Shown one piece after another: positions 47,338 to 57,511 of a stretch of DNA of 64,000 nt. The stretch is from the IMG/VR virus record IMGVR_UViG_3300033067_000724, positions 2,439-66,438 of that record; one strand, given 5' to 3'. The stretch comes from a virus. Lineage: Duplodnaviria > Caudoviricetes. Within the stretch, counting starts at the first letter, position 1; each line of letters opens with the position of its first letter. Below the pieces are notes generated by a model. The model had not been told where the DNA came from. It ran no database searches and was given only the letters and a program-made list of their open reading frames with translations. The position numbers and the translations under genes were made by a program.

Positions 47338-47616
47338 ATGGTTGATGGACCTTTTCCAATGCCATTTGGCGTACAAATTATATATAGATGTGCAACTTGT
47401 AAAAAGTTTGCATCTAAACAATATGTAAATAGTAATCAACTTTGTGAACATTGTGATGGTAAATTTGAAGTAATACCAGGTAAAAAATTACCACTAAAAG
47501 GTATAAGTATTTTTTATACTCCATACATACCATTTGAACCTATGGACTTCCAAGTTAAATATATGGCTACTTTTATTCCAGATGATAAAAGAATCCACTC
47601 ACTTAAAGGCATTTAA
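47338..47616 (+). CDS. Hypothetical Zn-ribbon protein
   Basis: CATC...CEHC. Confidence 0.55.
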   Translation: MVDGPFPMPFGVQIIYRCATCKKFASKQYVNSNQLCEHCDGKFEVIPGKKLPLKGISIFYTPYIPFEPMDFQVKYMATFIPDDKRIHSLKGI

Positions 47617-48158
47617 TGGCAAGAATTCGTAATATAGAAACACACATTGGTAAAAGATTTGGTTCATTAGTTGTAATCAAAAGAAATACTAAATACTGCA
47701 AAAATAATACATTATGGGATTGTATATGTGATTGTGGTGAAATGCGTACAATGTTTTATTCAAATTTATCAAGAGCAAAAAAGTGTACTTGTAATTTTCA
47801 AAGAGATGAACATATATTAAATCAAATCTTTGCATCAACTAAAAATAGTGCAATTAAACGTAAAATAGAGTTTGATAAAAATCTTACAAAAGAAATTTTA
47901 TTAGAATTACTAGAAAAACAAAATTATTTATGTGCATTATCTGGAATAAAATTACAGATAGGCAGATATCATCAAAATATTGAAACCACAGCATCTATTG
48001 ATAGAATTGATTCTTCAGTTGGATATACAATTAATAATATTCAATGGGTTCATAAAGATATTAATAAATTAAAAACTGATTTTGGTCAAGTAGAATTTTT
48101 AAAATATTGTAATATAGTGGCACAATATCAACAAACAAAGGTGTTATCATCGAAATAA
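47616..48158 (+). CDS. HNH/His-Me finger homing-endonuclease-like protein
   Basis: IGKRFGSLVV...WDCICDCG N-terminus; QNYLCALSG...SIDRIDSSVGY..NNIQWV...N; AT-rich. Confidence 0.75.
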   Translation: MARIRNIETHIGKRFGSLVVIKRNTKYCKNNTLWDCICDCGEMRTMFYSNLSRAKKCTCNFQRDEHILNQIFASTKNSAIKRKIEFDKNLTKEILLELLEKQNYLCALSGIKLQIGRYHQNIETTASIDRIDSSVGYTINNIQWVHKDINKLKTDFGQVEFLKYCNIVAQYQQTKVLSSK

Positions 48159-49189
48159 AATCTATTAGTGCTAGTAGAATTAAAACTTATAAACATTGTG
48201 CATTTAAATATGTGCTTAATTATTTATTGTACGAATGTCAAGATTGTAAGAAGACATTCTATACTCCAGAAATGTATGAGGAAGCATGTCCATATTGTAA
48301 AAGTCAAAACTATAAAAAACCAGAACTTGCAACCAATTGGGGCGCGGTACATGGCTCTGCGCTTCACGAAGTTATGGAAGGATACGCAATTGCATTACGT
48401 GGCACCCATGAAGATGGTCAGGTGACTAATAAAGAAGATACAGCAAAGTTTCTTAATTGGAGAGATGCAGTATTAGCAGCATATAAGAGAAACTCCAAAG
48501 GATTTGCAATATGGGATATAGCAAAACCCAAGGATACAGATAACCCTAAAAAGTGGTGCGTAGCCTGTAAAGCGGAGCCAAAGGGACTATGTGAGATTAC
48601 TGGCGAAGTAATGACCAAGAACTGCCCGAAGGCTTTGTATAATGAGTCACTAGAACTTGTTGAAAAGTATATTAACCGCTATGACCCAATTTTTGCGAAC
48701 CGCAAGATTTTGGGTATTGAAAAGGCTTTCACTTTAGACTTTGGAGAATTAGACGTATTAGGTAAGCCTATTATTAGTGGTGGCTTTATGGACTTAGTAA
48801 CCGAGTTAGACAAGGACACTATTGAGGTTATTGACTATAAGTTCGGTTCTTTCGTACCATCATTTGAAGAATTCTCCGAAGATATACAGGTTAAGTTTTA
48901 TTCACTTGCGGCTCGCAGGACATTTCCACAGTATAAAGAGATTATCATTACATTCGATTACATTCGCAAAAATCCAATGAGTATTGGGTTTACCGAAGAA
49001 GATGATGAGAAAACTCGTCAAGAGATTATTAATTATTGGAATGAGATTGCAGGACCACAGAAAATAAGACGAACAATTATTGACGGTGATGGTTGTAATC
49101 CAGGGTCATCTTGGAAGTGCAAAGTAATGTGTGATGTAAAGTGGTGTGAAAAAGAATGGCCAAGATTTAAGGAAAAATTCAATGCCTAG
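48149..49189 (+). CDS. Cas4/AddB-like PD-(D/E)XK exonuclease with Zn-finger insertions; probable non-ATG start
   Basis: ISASRIKTYKHCAFKY, HGSALHEVME, GFMDLV...IDYKFG, QVKFYSLA, C-terminal Cys; conserved N-terminus lies upstream of track start 48212. Confidence 0.8.
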   Translation: MEIKSISASRIKTYKHCAFKYVLNYLLYECQDCKKTFYTPEMYEEACPYCKSQNYKKPELATNWGAVHGSALHEVMEGYAIALRGTHEDGQVTNKEDTAKFLNWRDAVLAAYKRNSKGFAIWDIAKPKDTDNPKKWCVACKAEPKGLCEITGEVMTKNCPKALYNESLELVEKYINRYDPIFANRKILGIEKAFTLDFGELDVLGKPIISGGFMDLVTELDKDTIEVIDYKFGSFVPSFEEFSEDIQVKFYSLAARRTFPQYKEIIITFDYIRKNPMSIGFTEEDDEKTRQEIINYWNEIAGPQKIRRTIIDGDGCNPGSSWKCKVMCDVKWCEKEWPRFKEKFNA

Positions 49190-49496
49190 ACTAGATTTAA
49201 TGTGCAAGAAATGTGAACATATTGTCGAAGATATCATTGTTGAACACAAGCAACTTAAAAGCGGCACAGTCAGAGGCCCAGAATGCCCTGCATGTGGAAA
49301 TGATGTTTTTAGCGTATACTGGGGAGGCGGCAAGGCGCCAGCGGTAACAGTTACTATTACCGATAATAATGAATTGTTCGCTAAATGTAAAACAATTGGT
49401 GAATATTGGGATAGAAAAGGATTAGAGGTTGGTGGTAAGGCCAATAAAGAGGCTGGCAAGACAAGAATTAAGCGTATGAGAAATAAAAACAAATGA
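49182..49496 (+). CDS. FmdB-like Zn-ribbon protein
   Basis: MPRLDLMCKKC...CPACG. Confidence 0.6.
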   Translation: MPRLDLMCKKCEHIVEDIIVEHKQLKSGTVRGPECPACGNDVFSVYWGGGKAPAVTVTITDNNELFAKCKTIGEYWDRKGLEVGGKANKEAGKTRIKRMRNKNK

Positions 49497-49804
49497 CCAA
49501 AGTAGTGAATATATATAAAGAAAAATATGATATATACATCGGTAGACCCGGAAAGAATCAAGATGGATACTTTGGAAACCCAGTTGCTCTTGGAAAACTG
49601 TGTCCAATTTGCCAAAATACTCACATTGATAGAGGCAGCACGCTGCCTTGTTATAAGAAATACTTTGAGTCTAGACTACAAAACGACAATGAGTTTAAGT
49701 CAAGAATTTTTACTTTACGAGGGAAGACGCTTGGATGCTTCTGTGCCCCATTGCCTTGTCATGGTAATGTAATCGCTGAATACCTGGAGAATCACATTGA
49801 TTAA
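49493..49804 (+). CDS. DUF4326-like protein
   Basis: YIGRPG...FGNP...LRGKTLGCFCAPLPCHGNVI. Confidence 0.8.
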   Translation: MTKVVNIYKEKYDIYIGRPGKNQDGYFGNPVALGKLCPICQNTHIDRGSTLPCYKKYFESRLQNDNEFKSRIFTLRGKTLGCFCAPLPCHGNVIAEYLENHID

Positions 49805-52800
49805 TTTGAGAACATATAGTCGCTATTCAATTAAACATAGCATCGCAGCAATAGAAGATATTGTTAAAAGCGCGAAATCTGATGGTGATACACACGTTGC
49901 CATCTTAGATAAAGATGGTTTACATTCTACAATCTATCTAGCAAAAGAAGCCAAGAAGGCTGGTTTAGAACCAATGATTGGATATGAACTTAGGAGTTGG
50001 CTAACAGTATGGCCTACCTCCCACGAAGGTCTTCGTTGTTTAAACAACATAGTAACCTTAGAGTCCAAGGAACAATCTTCGAATCATGTCTTCAAAGATA
50101 TGATTGCAGTATTAGACCCATCAACATCAATCATTGGTAAGGACTACAATAATATTGCTGAGTTAAAGAAGTTATTTGGTGAACAAAACGTATACATTGA
50201 AGTAGAAGAGCATTTTGCACAAACAATTCGTGACTTTACAGAACAATGCGCTATACAGGATAATGTAAAGATTATACCAGTTTCTAGGGTTTTATATAAT
50301 GTAAAAGATGATGCCCTAGCGCATGATTACTTCTATAACTATGTAAACAAAGATGCATCTGTTCATCTAGCAACTGATACATACTTTATTAAGTCTGTTA
50401 ATGACTTTGCTTGGGCAAAGCCAGAATGGATTCAAAATGCCAAAGAACTCGCTAGTCGTGTTAAGTTAGATATAGTGCTTAATAGACTTAGATTACCAGA
50501 GTTTACAGGCGCTCCTAAAGGTTTATCTAACTTTGAATATTTGATGGGCAAGTGCCTTCGTGCTATGCAGGATAAAGGGTTTGATAAAGATACTGTTTAT
50601 TCACAACGCTTATTCCATGAAATGGAAGACGTTCGTGTTGCTAAACTAGAATCATACTTTTTAATCGTAGATGATATAGTGTCGTTCGCACGTAATAAAG
50701 GTATTAAAGTCGGTAAAGGGCGTGGGTCTGGCGCTGGCTCTCTTATCTGTTACTTATTAGGTATAACTGGTATCGACCCTATTAAATACAAGTTAATTTG
50801 GGAAAGGTTCTATAATGCTGGTCGTGCCGGTTCTCTACCTGACATTGATACAGACTTTGAAAAAGCCCGTCGTCAAGAAGTGATTGACTATATTACTCAG
50901 CGATGGGGTAGTGAATCTGTATTCCAGATTATTACGTTCGGCTCATTCGGTCCCGCTAAAGCAATTACGGTTGCTCTTAACATTGGACAATGTGGATTCG
51001 AAGAACAAAAAGAAGTCTCCAAATTAGTTCATAAAAAGTCTGAATCTGTAGCAGATGCAATTTCACGTTCACCAGAACTTAAAGAAGAGGCCAATAGGCG
51101 TAAGGCCCTATTTAAGATTGCTGGACAAATCGAAGGTGCATTTGAGTCATACGGTAAGCACGCTGCTGGCGTGATTATCGCTAATGAACCATTCACAAAT
51201 GGTGGCCTATCAATGACCTGGCATCCAGAAGATGGTAAATACATCTCTGGCTATGACTTAGGAGCAATTGAGGACTATGGTCTACTTAAAGTAGATATAT
51301 TAGGTGTTAACACACTAGATATTATTAAGGAATGCGAAGAGTTAATTCGTAAACGCCACAAACCAGATTTTGACATTGAAAAGATTCCATATGATGATAT
51401 GGCTGTTTATGAGAATATCTTCGACAAGGGTATGACTAAGGGTATTTTCCAGTTAGAATCTCAATTAGGCAGAACATATAGCAAGTTGCTCAAGCCACGC
51501 TCAATGTCAGAAATCGCTGACCTAGTAACCGTAGTACGCCCTGGCGCTATGGAACCTGGGCAAACTCAGCAATATCTTGACGTTAGAGACGGCAAGAAGC
51601 AGCCCAACTACCCACATCCTAAGTTACAGTCTATCTTAGGAGAAACATACTCCGCTTGTATCTACCAAGAACAAGTAATGTTTATTTGTACAGATATTGC
51701 TGGCCTAGACCTTAAAGCAGCCGATACAGTTAGGCGTGCCGCTGGTAAGAAGAAGCCAGAGTTAATGGCTAAACAAAAAGACATGTTTATGGCAGGATGT
51801 GATAAGCATGGTGTTGCAAAAGATGTAGCAGAGACTCTATGGTCATGGATTGTTGAATTCTCTGGTTATGGTTTTAACAAGTCTCACGCAGTAGGCTATG
51901 CTCACATTACATACGAGACTGCATGGCTTAAGCATCATTATCCATTAGAATTCTTTACTGCAAGTTGTAATAACGTAGTTGGTGATATTCATAGAAGTGA
52001 ACATGAAAAACTACGTGAGTTTATATATGATGCAAAAGATTTTAATATAGATATTATTTTACCATCAATGATACATGGTAATAATCTATTTGAAATAGTG
52101 GATGATAAATCAATTAGATATGGTCTATCATATATTAGTGGTGTTGGTACTGTACAAGCGCCTAATATTGCATTATGTAAAAATGAAAAAACATTTACAG
52201 AGTTTTTATCTAAGGCGCTTACTGTTAAATTAAAGAAAACAGTAATTGAGGCACTTATTAAAAGTGGTGCATTAGACCATTTTAAATTAACTAGAAATAT
52301 AATGTTAGCTGATTATGAATTAATTAATTCTTTAACTGATAGAGAATATGATGCGGTTATTAAGGAAGTTAATGGAAAATCAGTAGTTGATGCTATTAAA
52401 GAAATGGCAGATGAAGCCAAGGTTGATGACCGTAAAGCACTTGACCGTATAGTTCCATCTAAAACACGTAGACAAAAACTACGAGATATTATTCAAGCAT
52501 ATAAGGCTAAAGATAAATTTGAAAGCATTCTACATATAGCAATGTATGAAAGAGAATTCTTGGGATGTGACATTTCGGTTAGTGAAACTGACTCGGTGTT
52601 CTCAAGTATTACACATAACTTATCTGAATTGAAGAAATTGAAAATTGCAAATGCAAAAGTTAAAACAGCAATTCACATTGATTCTATTCGTAAGATAGTT
52701 ACAAAGAAAGGAAAAACGCCTGGACAAGAGATGGCATTTATTACAGGAAGTGATGGCACCGCCATTTACGATTCTATAGTAGTATTTCCTCGTCAGTACC

Positions 52801-52904
52801 AGATGTTTAAGAATTTGTTGACAGAAGGACGAGTTGTATATATAGATGGTCAAACATCGGATACAGGCGGACTTATTGTAAACAATATGGGTATATTAAA
52901 ATAA
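49797..52904 (+). CDS. dnaE: DNA polymerase III alpha subunit (family C)
   Basis: GRGSGAGSL, PDIDTDF, GKHAAG, KVDILG, YQEQVM, FNKSHA, C-terminal OB fold; GGAG SD before TTG. Confidence 0.95.
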   Translation: MINLRTYSRYSIKHSIAAIEDIVKSAKSDGDTHVAILDKDGLHSTIYLAKEAKKAGLEPMIGYELRSWLTVWPTSHEGLRCLNNIVTLESKEQSSNHVFKDMIAVLDPSTSIIGKDYNNIAELKKLFGEQNVYIEVEEHFAQTIRDFTEQCAIQDNVKIIPVSRVLYNVKDDALAHDYFYNYVNKDASVHLATDTYFIKSVNDFAWAKPEWIQNAKELASRVKLDIVLNRLRLPEFTGAPKGLSNFEYLMGKCLRAMQDKGFDKDTVYSQRLFHEMEDVRVAKLESYFLIVDDIVSFARNKGIKVGKGRGSGAGSLICYLLGITGIDPIKYKLIWERFYNAGRAGSLPDIDTDFEKARRQEVIDYITQRWGSESVFQIITFGSFGPAKAITVALNIGQCGFEEQKEVSKLVHKKSESVADAISRSPELKEEANRRKALFKIAGQIEGAFESYGKHAAGVIIANEPFTNGGLSMTWHPEDGKYISGYDLGAIEDYGLLKVDILGVNTLDIIKECEELIRKRHKPDFDIEKIPYDDMAVYENIFDKGMTKGIFQLESQLGRTYSKLLKPRSMSEIADLVTVVRPGAMEPGQTQQYLDVRDGKKQPNYPHPKLQSILGETYSACIYQEQVMFICTDIAGLDLKAADTVRRAAGKKKPELMAKQKDMFMAGCDKHGVAKDVAETLWSWIVEFSGYGFNKSHAVGYAHITYETAWLKHHYPLEFFTASCNNVVGDIHRSEHEKLREFIYDAKDFNIDIILPSMIHGNNLFEIVDDKSIRYGLSYISGVGTVQAPNIALCKNEKTFTEFLSKALTVKLKKTVIEALIKSGALDHFKLTRNIMLADYELINSLTDREYDAVIKEVNGKSVVDAIKEMADEAKVDDRKALDRIVPSKTRRQKLRDIIQAYKAKDKFESILHIAMYEREFLGCDISVSETDSVFSSITHNLSELKKLKIANAKVKTAIHIDSIRKIVTKKGKTPGQEMAFITGSDGTAIYDSIVVFPRQYQMFKNLLTEGRVVYIDGQTSDTGGLIVNNMGILK

Positions 52905-52974
52905 TTACCCGCAAACACGCTCAATTTATAGTATATTAGATTGACGACTTTAAAAACGTTTAAGGAGATTGAAT

Positions 52975-53367
52975 ATGGCAGCAGATTTCGCAGTATTATC
53001 TTGTAATGGTCGAATGACTTCCGACCCCAAGACATTTGATGTTGGTAGCACTAAAAAGACAGTTTTCTCGGTAGCAGTTAATCGCTACTTTAAAAAGAGA
53101 GACGCAAAAGACAGTGACAAGCCTGAAAAGCGCACTACATACGTAGACTGTGTTGCTTGGGGCCCAAATTCTGAACGAGTTAGCAAATTCGGTAAAAAGG
53201 GTGCAAAAGTCACTATGTCTGGAAATTGGGAGACAGACTCCTATCAGAAGGATGGTAAAGAAGTTAAGCGTGACCATCTCAATATCACACATCTTTCAAT
53301 CTTTACAGCGCCAGAAGATGGCGATACTGGACCGGATTCTAAGGGTGATGATGAAGTCCCATTCTAA
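52975..53367 (+). CDS. ssb: Single-stranded DNA-binding protein
   Basis: FSVAVNR...VDCVAWG...KGAKVTMSG...; acidic tail DDEVPF. Confidence 0.92.
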   Translation: MAADFAVLSCNGRMTSDPKTFDVGSTKKTVFSVAVNRYFKKRDAKDSDKPEKRTTYVDCVAWGPNSERVSKFGKKGAKVTMSGNWETDSYQKDGKEVKRDHLNITHLSIFTAPEDGDTGPDSKGDDEVPF

Positions 53368-53393
53368 AAGAGAATGAGTGACGGACCTCCTAA

Positions 53394-53416
53394 GGGGCGG
53401 GTTAATACCCCGCCCC
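53394..53416 (+). terminator. GC-rich hairpin after ssb, possible weak terminator
   Basis: GGGGCGGG...CCCGCCCC; U-tract poor. Confidence 0.45.
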
Positions 53417-53432
53417 AATTTATGGGTGAATA

Positions 53433-54089
53433 ATGAATGATGATGACGACGAGGTAAAGAACTATATAGGTGCGATTATTAAGCTCAGTAATCAAATGTA
53501 TATAGAGAGTCCTGTAACCGACAAAGATGACCTTATGCAAGCAGGCTTTATTGGCATGCTTAGTGGACTAGAATCCTATTCCGAAGAGAAAGCCATCGAG
53601 GCTGGTGCAAAGAAAACGACCTATGTCATTCAATGCATTAGAAACTCAATACTTCAAGAGGCTAATAAATTCTTTGGAGCAACTACACTACCTCATAATA
53701 AGCGACTTAAGTTTAACGCTTTTAAGCGCCTTAAGGGTCAAGACAAGGATAAAGAAACTATTAAAAATGTATTACTCATTACAGACGAAGAGTATGATGA
53801 GTTTTCAAGTTTCATGACCTTAAAACATGTTGTCAACATTGAGTCCTTGGCAGAAAAGGATTCTCATAGTATAGTAAAAGAGGACGAGAACAGCAAGTTA
53901 GATGATATTATAGACATTGATTTTTTCAAAAGCTTTGGATTACCAGAAGAAGATATTAAAATTCTACAATTTAAATTAAATGGTATTACATATAATGAAA
54001 TTGCGGAATATTATAATGTATCTCGTGAGACAATGAGAAAGAGGATTCATAAGATTCTTCTTAAGATTAAAGAGAGTTATATAAAATAA
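53433..54089 (+). CDS. Phage sigma-70-family factor (regions 2 and 4)
   Basis: DKDDLMQAGFIGML...TYVIQCIRNSI; GITYNEIAEYYNVSRETMRKRIHK. Confidence 0.85.
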   Translation: MNDDDDEVKNYIGAIIKLSNQMYIESPVTDKDDLMQAGFIGMLSGLESYSEEKAIEAGAKKTTYVIQCIRNSILQEANKFFGATTLPHNKRLKFNAFKRLKGQDKDKETIKNVLLITDEEYDEFSSFMTLKHVVNIESLAEKDSHSIVKEDENSKLDDIIDIDFFKSFGLPEEDIKILQFKLNGITYNEIAEYYNVSRETMRKRIHKILLKIKESYIK

Positions 54090-54091
54090 AA

Positions 54092-54568
54092 ATGAGCGAT
54101 ACTAAAATCTGTAAGAAATGTCTTAAAGATTTGCCATTTTCTGAGTTTTATCCACATAAAACTAGTAAAGATAGATTAACATATGCATGTGCTAGTTGTG
54201 AAATTAAAAGTGTTAAAAAATGGAATGAAAAAAATAAAGCAAAAAGAAAATTATACATGTCCCAATACTGTGAAGAAAATTGGGAAATATTAAGAATTAA
54301 ATGGAAAGAAAAAAATTTACAAAAATTATACAACTTTTCATATGAAGAATATACTAAATTATTAGTAGAGCAAGATAATAAATGCGCTATTTGTCAATAT
54401 GAATCAAAGCCAACTGATAAATTTACATTATGTGTAGACCATGACCATGAAACTGGTAAAGTTCGTGGATTGTTATGTAATAATTGCAATAGGTCTTTAG
54501 GGTTATTAAAGGATAATATAATAGTTTTAAATAATGCTATTAAATATTTAGAAAAAAACAATGGATAA
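54092..54568 (+). CDS. Endonuclease VII-family HNH protein
   Basis: QDNKCAIC...VDHDHETGKVRGLLCNNCNRSLG. Confidence 0.88.
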   Translation: MSDTKICKKCLKDLPFSEFYPHKTSKDRLTYACASCEIKSVKKWNEKNKAKRKLYMSQYCEENWEILRIKWKEKNLQKLYNFSYEEYTKLLVEQDNKCAICQYESKPTDKFTLCVDHDHETGKVRGLLCNNCNRSLGLLKDNIIVLNNAIKYLEKNNG

Positions 54569-56387
54569 AAAAAGAATACTTTTCGTAACAGAATTCTCTG
54601 GTCTTGCAACCGGATTTTCAAATTATGCGGCTATGTTAATTCGTAGACTATATGATTCTGGTAAATATGAAATTGCAGAATTAGGTACATATATTAAACC
54701 ATCAGACCCACGTATTAGAAACGTGCCATGGAAAGTATATGCCTCTGTTCCAGAAGATAATGACCAAGAAGGTCAACGTAAATACAGGGCTAATTATCCT
54801 CAGTGGGGCAAGTTTGCTCCATTGGCCCAATTTGGCGCCGCTGTTTTAGATGATGTATTATTAGACTTTCAACCAGATTATGTAGCATCATGGATGGACC
54901 CGTGGATGAGTTCAATTATGATGGATTCTAAACTTAGAAGTTTCTATCGTTGGATTTATATGCCATGTATCGACAGCACTCCTCAACGCTTCGAATGGCT
55001 ACAAATGTATGAAAATGCTGACTACCTATTAGGTTATTCTGACTTTGCGATTAACGTAATGAAAGAACAGTCTCCAAAGATTAGAACTGCTGGTAGTAAG
55101 AAATTATTACCAATGCCAACTCGACCTGGGGTTGATACGACTGTGTTTAAGCCACTTAATAAGGCTGAAATCCGTGAGAAGTGGTCATTAAATAAAGACC
55201 TTCCAATCGTCTTAAGCGTTATGCGTAACCAACAACGCAAACTATTTTGTGAAATGATTGATAGTTTTGCGAAGTATAAGAAGGATAATCCAAATGATGA
55301 AACTGCCCAAAAAGCAGTATTATTAATTCACTCATCTGGATTTGATGCTGGTCAAGAGTATTGGACACACATCGCAAGACTCTCTAACCAAGAGTTTATG
55401 CCATTCCATTATAAGGGCTTGTTTAAGCATATTCTTCATACCTACCAATGTGATGCATGTGGTAGAAAGATGGTTGGTTACGCAATTTGGTTATTAGATG
55501 CACAGCCATCTGGTGATAATAGTGGCAGATTCTATATGAATTGCCCATGCTGCTCACAGCGTAAACTTCGTACACCAAATACAAACGTTGGATACACACG
55601 CGAAGAAATGGCAGAAGTGTTCAACCTAGCAGACCTTTATGTTCAGGTAAGTATTGCTGGCGCAGACGAAATGCCAGCATCAGAAGCCAAAGCATGTGGC
55701 CTACCAATCCTTATTAGTGCTAATGCCGCTATGGCAGAGAAGGCACAAAAGCCTATAGACTTTGAAGGTAATGTAATGGAAACAAAGGCAGATGGCACTC
55801 CTTACTCAATGCATCTTGGTGGTACGCCAATTAAAATTGCTTATGAGTTCCATGAAGCAGCAACAATGCAACGTCGCTGCTACTTCGACAGGAACGACTT
55901 AGCAAAGAAACTTACTCTCTTAGGAGATAAGGCTAAACTTGCAGAACTTAGCAAGGATGCAGTTAAATCTATTAAAGAGAATTGCGACTATGATGACATT
56001 GCTAAAAAGTGGATGTATGTCATAGAAAACCTTCCAGCCAAAGACAGGTCTACAACTTGGAATAAGGAATTATCTACTAATGATATTCCACCGTCTGATG
56101 CTAATGAAGTACAAATTCCAAATGTTTCAGATGACGATTTCGTAAATTGGTGCTATACAGACATCCTCAAAACCACTGTTGACTCAGTTGGTAGAGAGAC
56201 ATGGATTAACGATTTAAAGGGTGGTCGTTCACGCCACGATATAGTAAACTACTTCCTGAGCGTTGCAGCAAAAGGCAAGGGACCAGATGTGTTATTATTA
56301 GCACATAGACAAAAACTAGCAAGACAACGTGCTATGCAGAGTATTTTGAAGAATCCAAACTTACTACAAGGATTGATGGTTTCATAA
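54561..56387 (+). CDS. GT-B (GT4-like) glycosyltransferase with Zn-ribbon insertion and DUF4214-like C-terminus
   Basis: ILFVTEFSGLATGF, RNQQRK, FNLADLYV...EAKACGLP; CDAC...CPCC; FVNWCY.DIL...W..DL..G.SR.DIVNYF. Confidence 0.85.
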   Translation: MDKKRILFVTEFSGLATGFSNYAAMLIRRLYDSGKYEIAELGTYIKPSDPRIRNVPWKVYASVPEDNDQEGQRKYRANYPQWGKFAPLAQFGAAVLDDVLLDFQPDYVASWMDPWMSSIMMDSKLRSFYRWIYMPCIDSTPQRFEWLQMYENADYLLGYSDFAINVMKEQSPKIRTAGSKKLLPMPTRPGVDTTVFKPLNKAEIREKWSLNKDLPIVLSVMRNQQRKLFCEMIDSFAKYKKDNPNDETAQKAVLLIHSSGFDAGQEYWTHIARLSNQEFMPFHYKGLFKHILHTYQCDACGRKMVGYAIWLLDAQPSGDNSGRFYMNCPCCSQRKLRTPNTNVGYTREEMAEVFNLADLYVQVSIAGADEMPASEAKACGLPILISANAAMAEKAQKPIDFEGNVMETKADGTPYSMHLGGTPIKIAYEFHEAATMQRRCYFDRNDLAKKLTLLGDKAKLAELSKDAVKSIKENCDYDDIAKKWMYVIENLPAKDRSTTWNKELSTNDIPPSDANEVQIPNVSDDDFVNWCYTDILKTTVDSVGRETWINDLKGGRSRHDIVNYFLSVAAKGKGPDVLLLAHRQKLARQRAMQSILKNPNLLQGLMVS

Positions 56388-57511
56388 TGATAACACCAAA
56401 TAAATTGATTATTGGCCCGTTTAAAGATATGAGCGGTTATGCAACACTAGCGCGACAATATTTTCGTGCGCTATGTCTAGTTGACAAGCCGGAAGATTGG
56501 GCTGCCGCATCTGTCCGCTATGATAGTGGAAGTAAAACAGAATTAGAGGCAAATCTCAAAAAGTGTCATAGCAATCAACTATCAGAGGATATTGCACTTA
56601 CTGTGCAAGTGACTACTCCAAATGAAATGAGGGCAGTTCTTGGCAAACGTAATATAGGAATTTGTTGTTGGGAGACTGATAGGATTCCTCCACATTGGGC
56701 TATTTCATTAAATGCATTTGATGCAATCATTGTACCATGTGTAGCAAATAAGGTTGCGTTTGAACGTAGTGGTGTTTCAAAACCAATTCATGTTATTCCA
56801 CTTCCAGTCTTTAGAGAAGATTATAAGACTGATGGATTAACTAAATTTGATATTCCAGGTATTGATAAAGATACCACAATCTATTACAACATTGCCCAAT
56901 GGTCACATAAAAAGGGTATTGATGCCGCTATTCGCTCATACTTCTTAGCATTTCAAAATAATGAAAATGTTCTATTACTCTTGAAGGGTTATGTCAACAT
57001 GACCAATCAACAAGGTGATGGTCAAAAGATAGTATCAGCAATTAATGAAATTAAAGGTGCAATGCGTCTACCAAGATACCCACGCATCTTTATTAATGAT
57101 GTTCCAACCACAGAAGAAGGCATTAAGAAGATTCATCTAAGCGGTGATTGTTATGTTAACTTCTCAAGAGGTGAAGGTTGGTGTATTCCTGCATTTGAAT
57201 CCTTACTTTATGGTAAAGAGTTAATCTCTACAACACATACTGCTATGGCAGATTGGGTAAATCAATCAAATACATGGTGTGTAAATTCATATGAGGACTC
57301 TGTACATAACATGCCACACCCTGATGAGCAACTGTATACTGCTAGAGAGCATTGGTTTGAGCCGGTTATTATATCCGGTGCCGATGCCTTTAGGTCGCAT
57401 TTTAAAATGTTACATAAGAATTCTCCAGAGAATATTGAAAGTATGTTTGTAAAATATGACCCTGTTATTATTGGTCAGCAATTAAAGGATGTTATCAATG
57501 GCAAAGAGTAG
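56387..57511 (+). CDS. GT-B (GT4-like) glycosyltransferase
   Basis: SGYATLAR, CWETD, HKKGID, SRGEGWCIPAFE. Confidence 0.88.
   Translation: MITPNKLIIGPFKDMSGYATLARQYFRALCLVDKPEDWAAASVRYDSGSKTELEANLKKCHSNQLSEDIALTVQVTTPNEMRAVLGKRNIGICCWETDRIPPHWAISLNAFDAIIVPCVANKVAFERSGVSKPIHVIPLPVFREDYKTDGLTKFDIPGIDKDTTIYYNIAQWSHKKGIDAAIRSYFLAFQNNENVLLLLKGYVNMTNQQGDGQKIVSAINEIKGAMRLPRYPRIFINDVPTTEEGIKKIHLSGDCYVNFSRGEGWCIPAFESLLYGKELISTTHTAMADWVNQSNTWCVNSYEDSVHNMPHPDEQLYTAREHWFEPVIISGADAFRSHFKMLHKNSPENIESMFVKYDPVIIGQQLKDVINGKE

Noticed and set aside
5373-52904. Group I introns or inteins in terL, dnaB, recA or dnaE associated with HNH genes
   Set aside because: These genes are uninterrupted and of normal length; HNH genes sit between complete ORFs with no room for intron cores.
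54148-54156. DnaA box TTATCCACA
   Set aside because: Single copy inside an AT-rich coding sequence; expected by chance.
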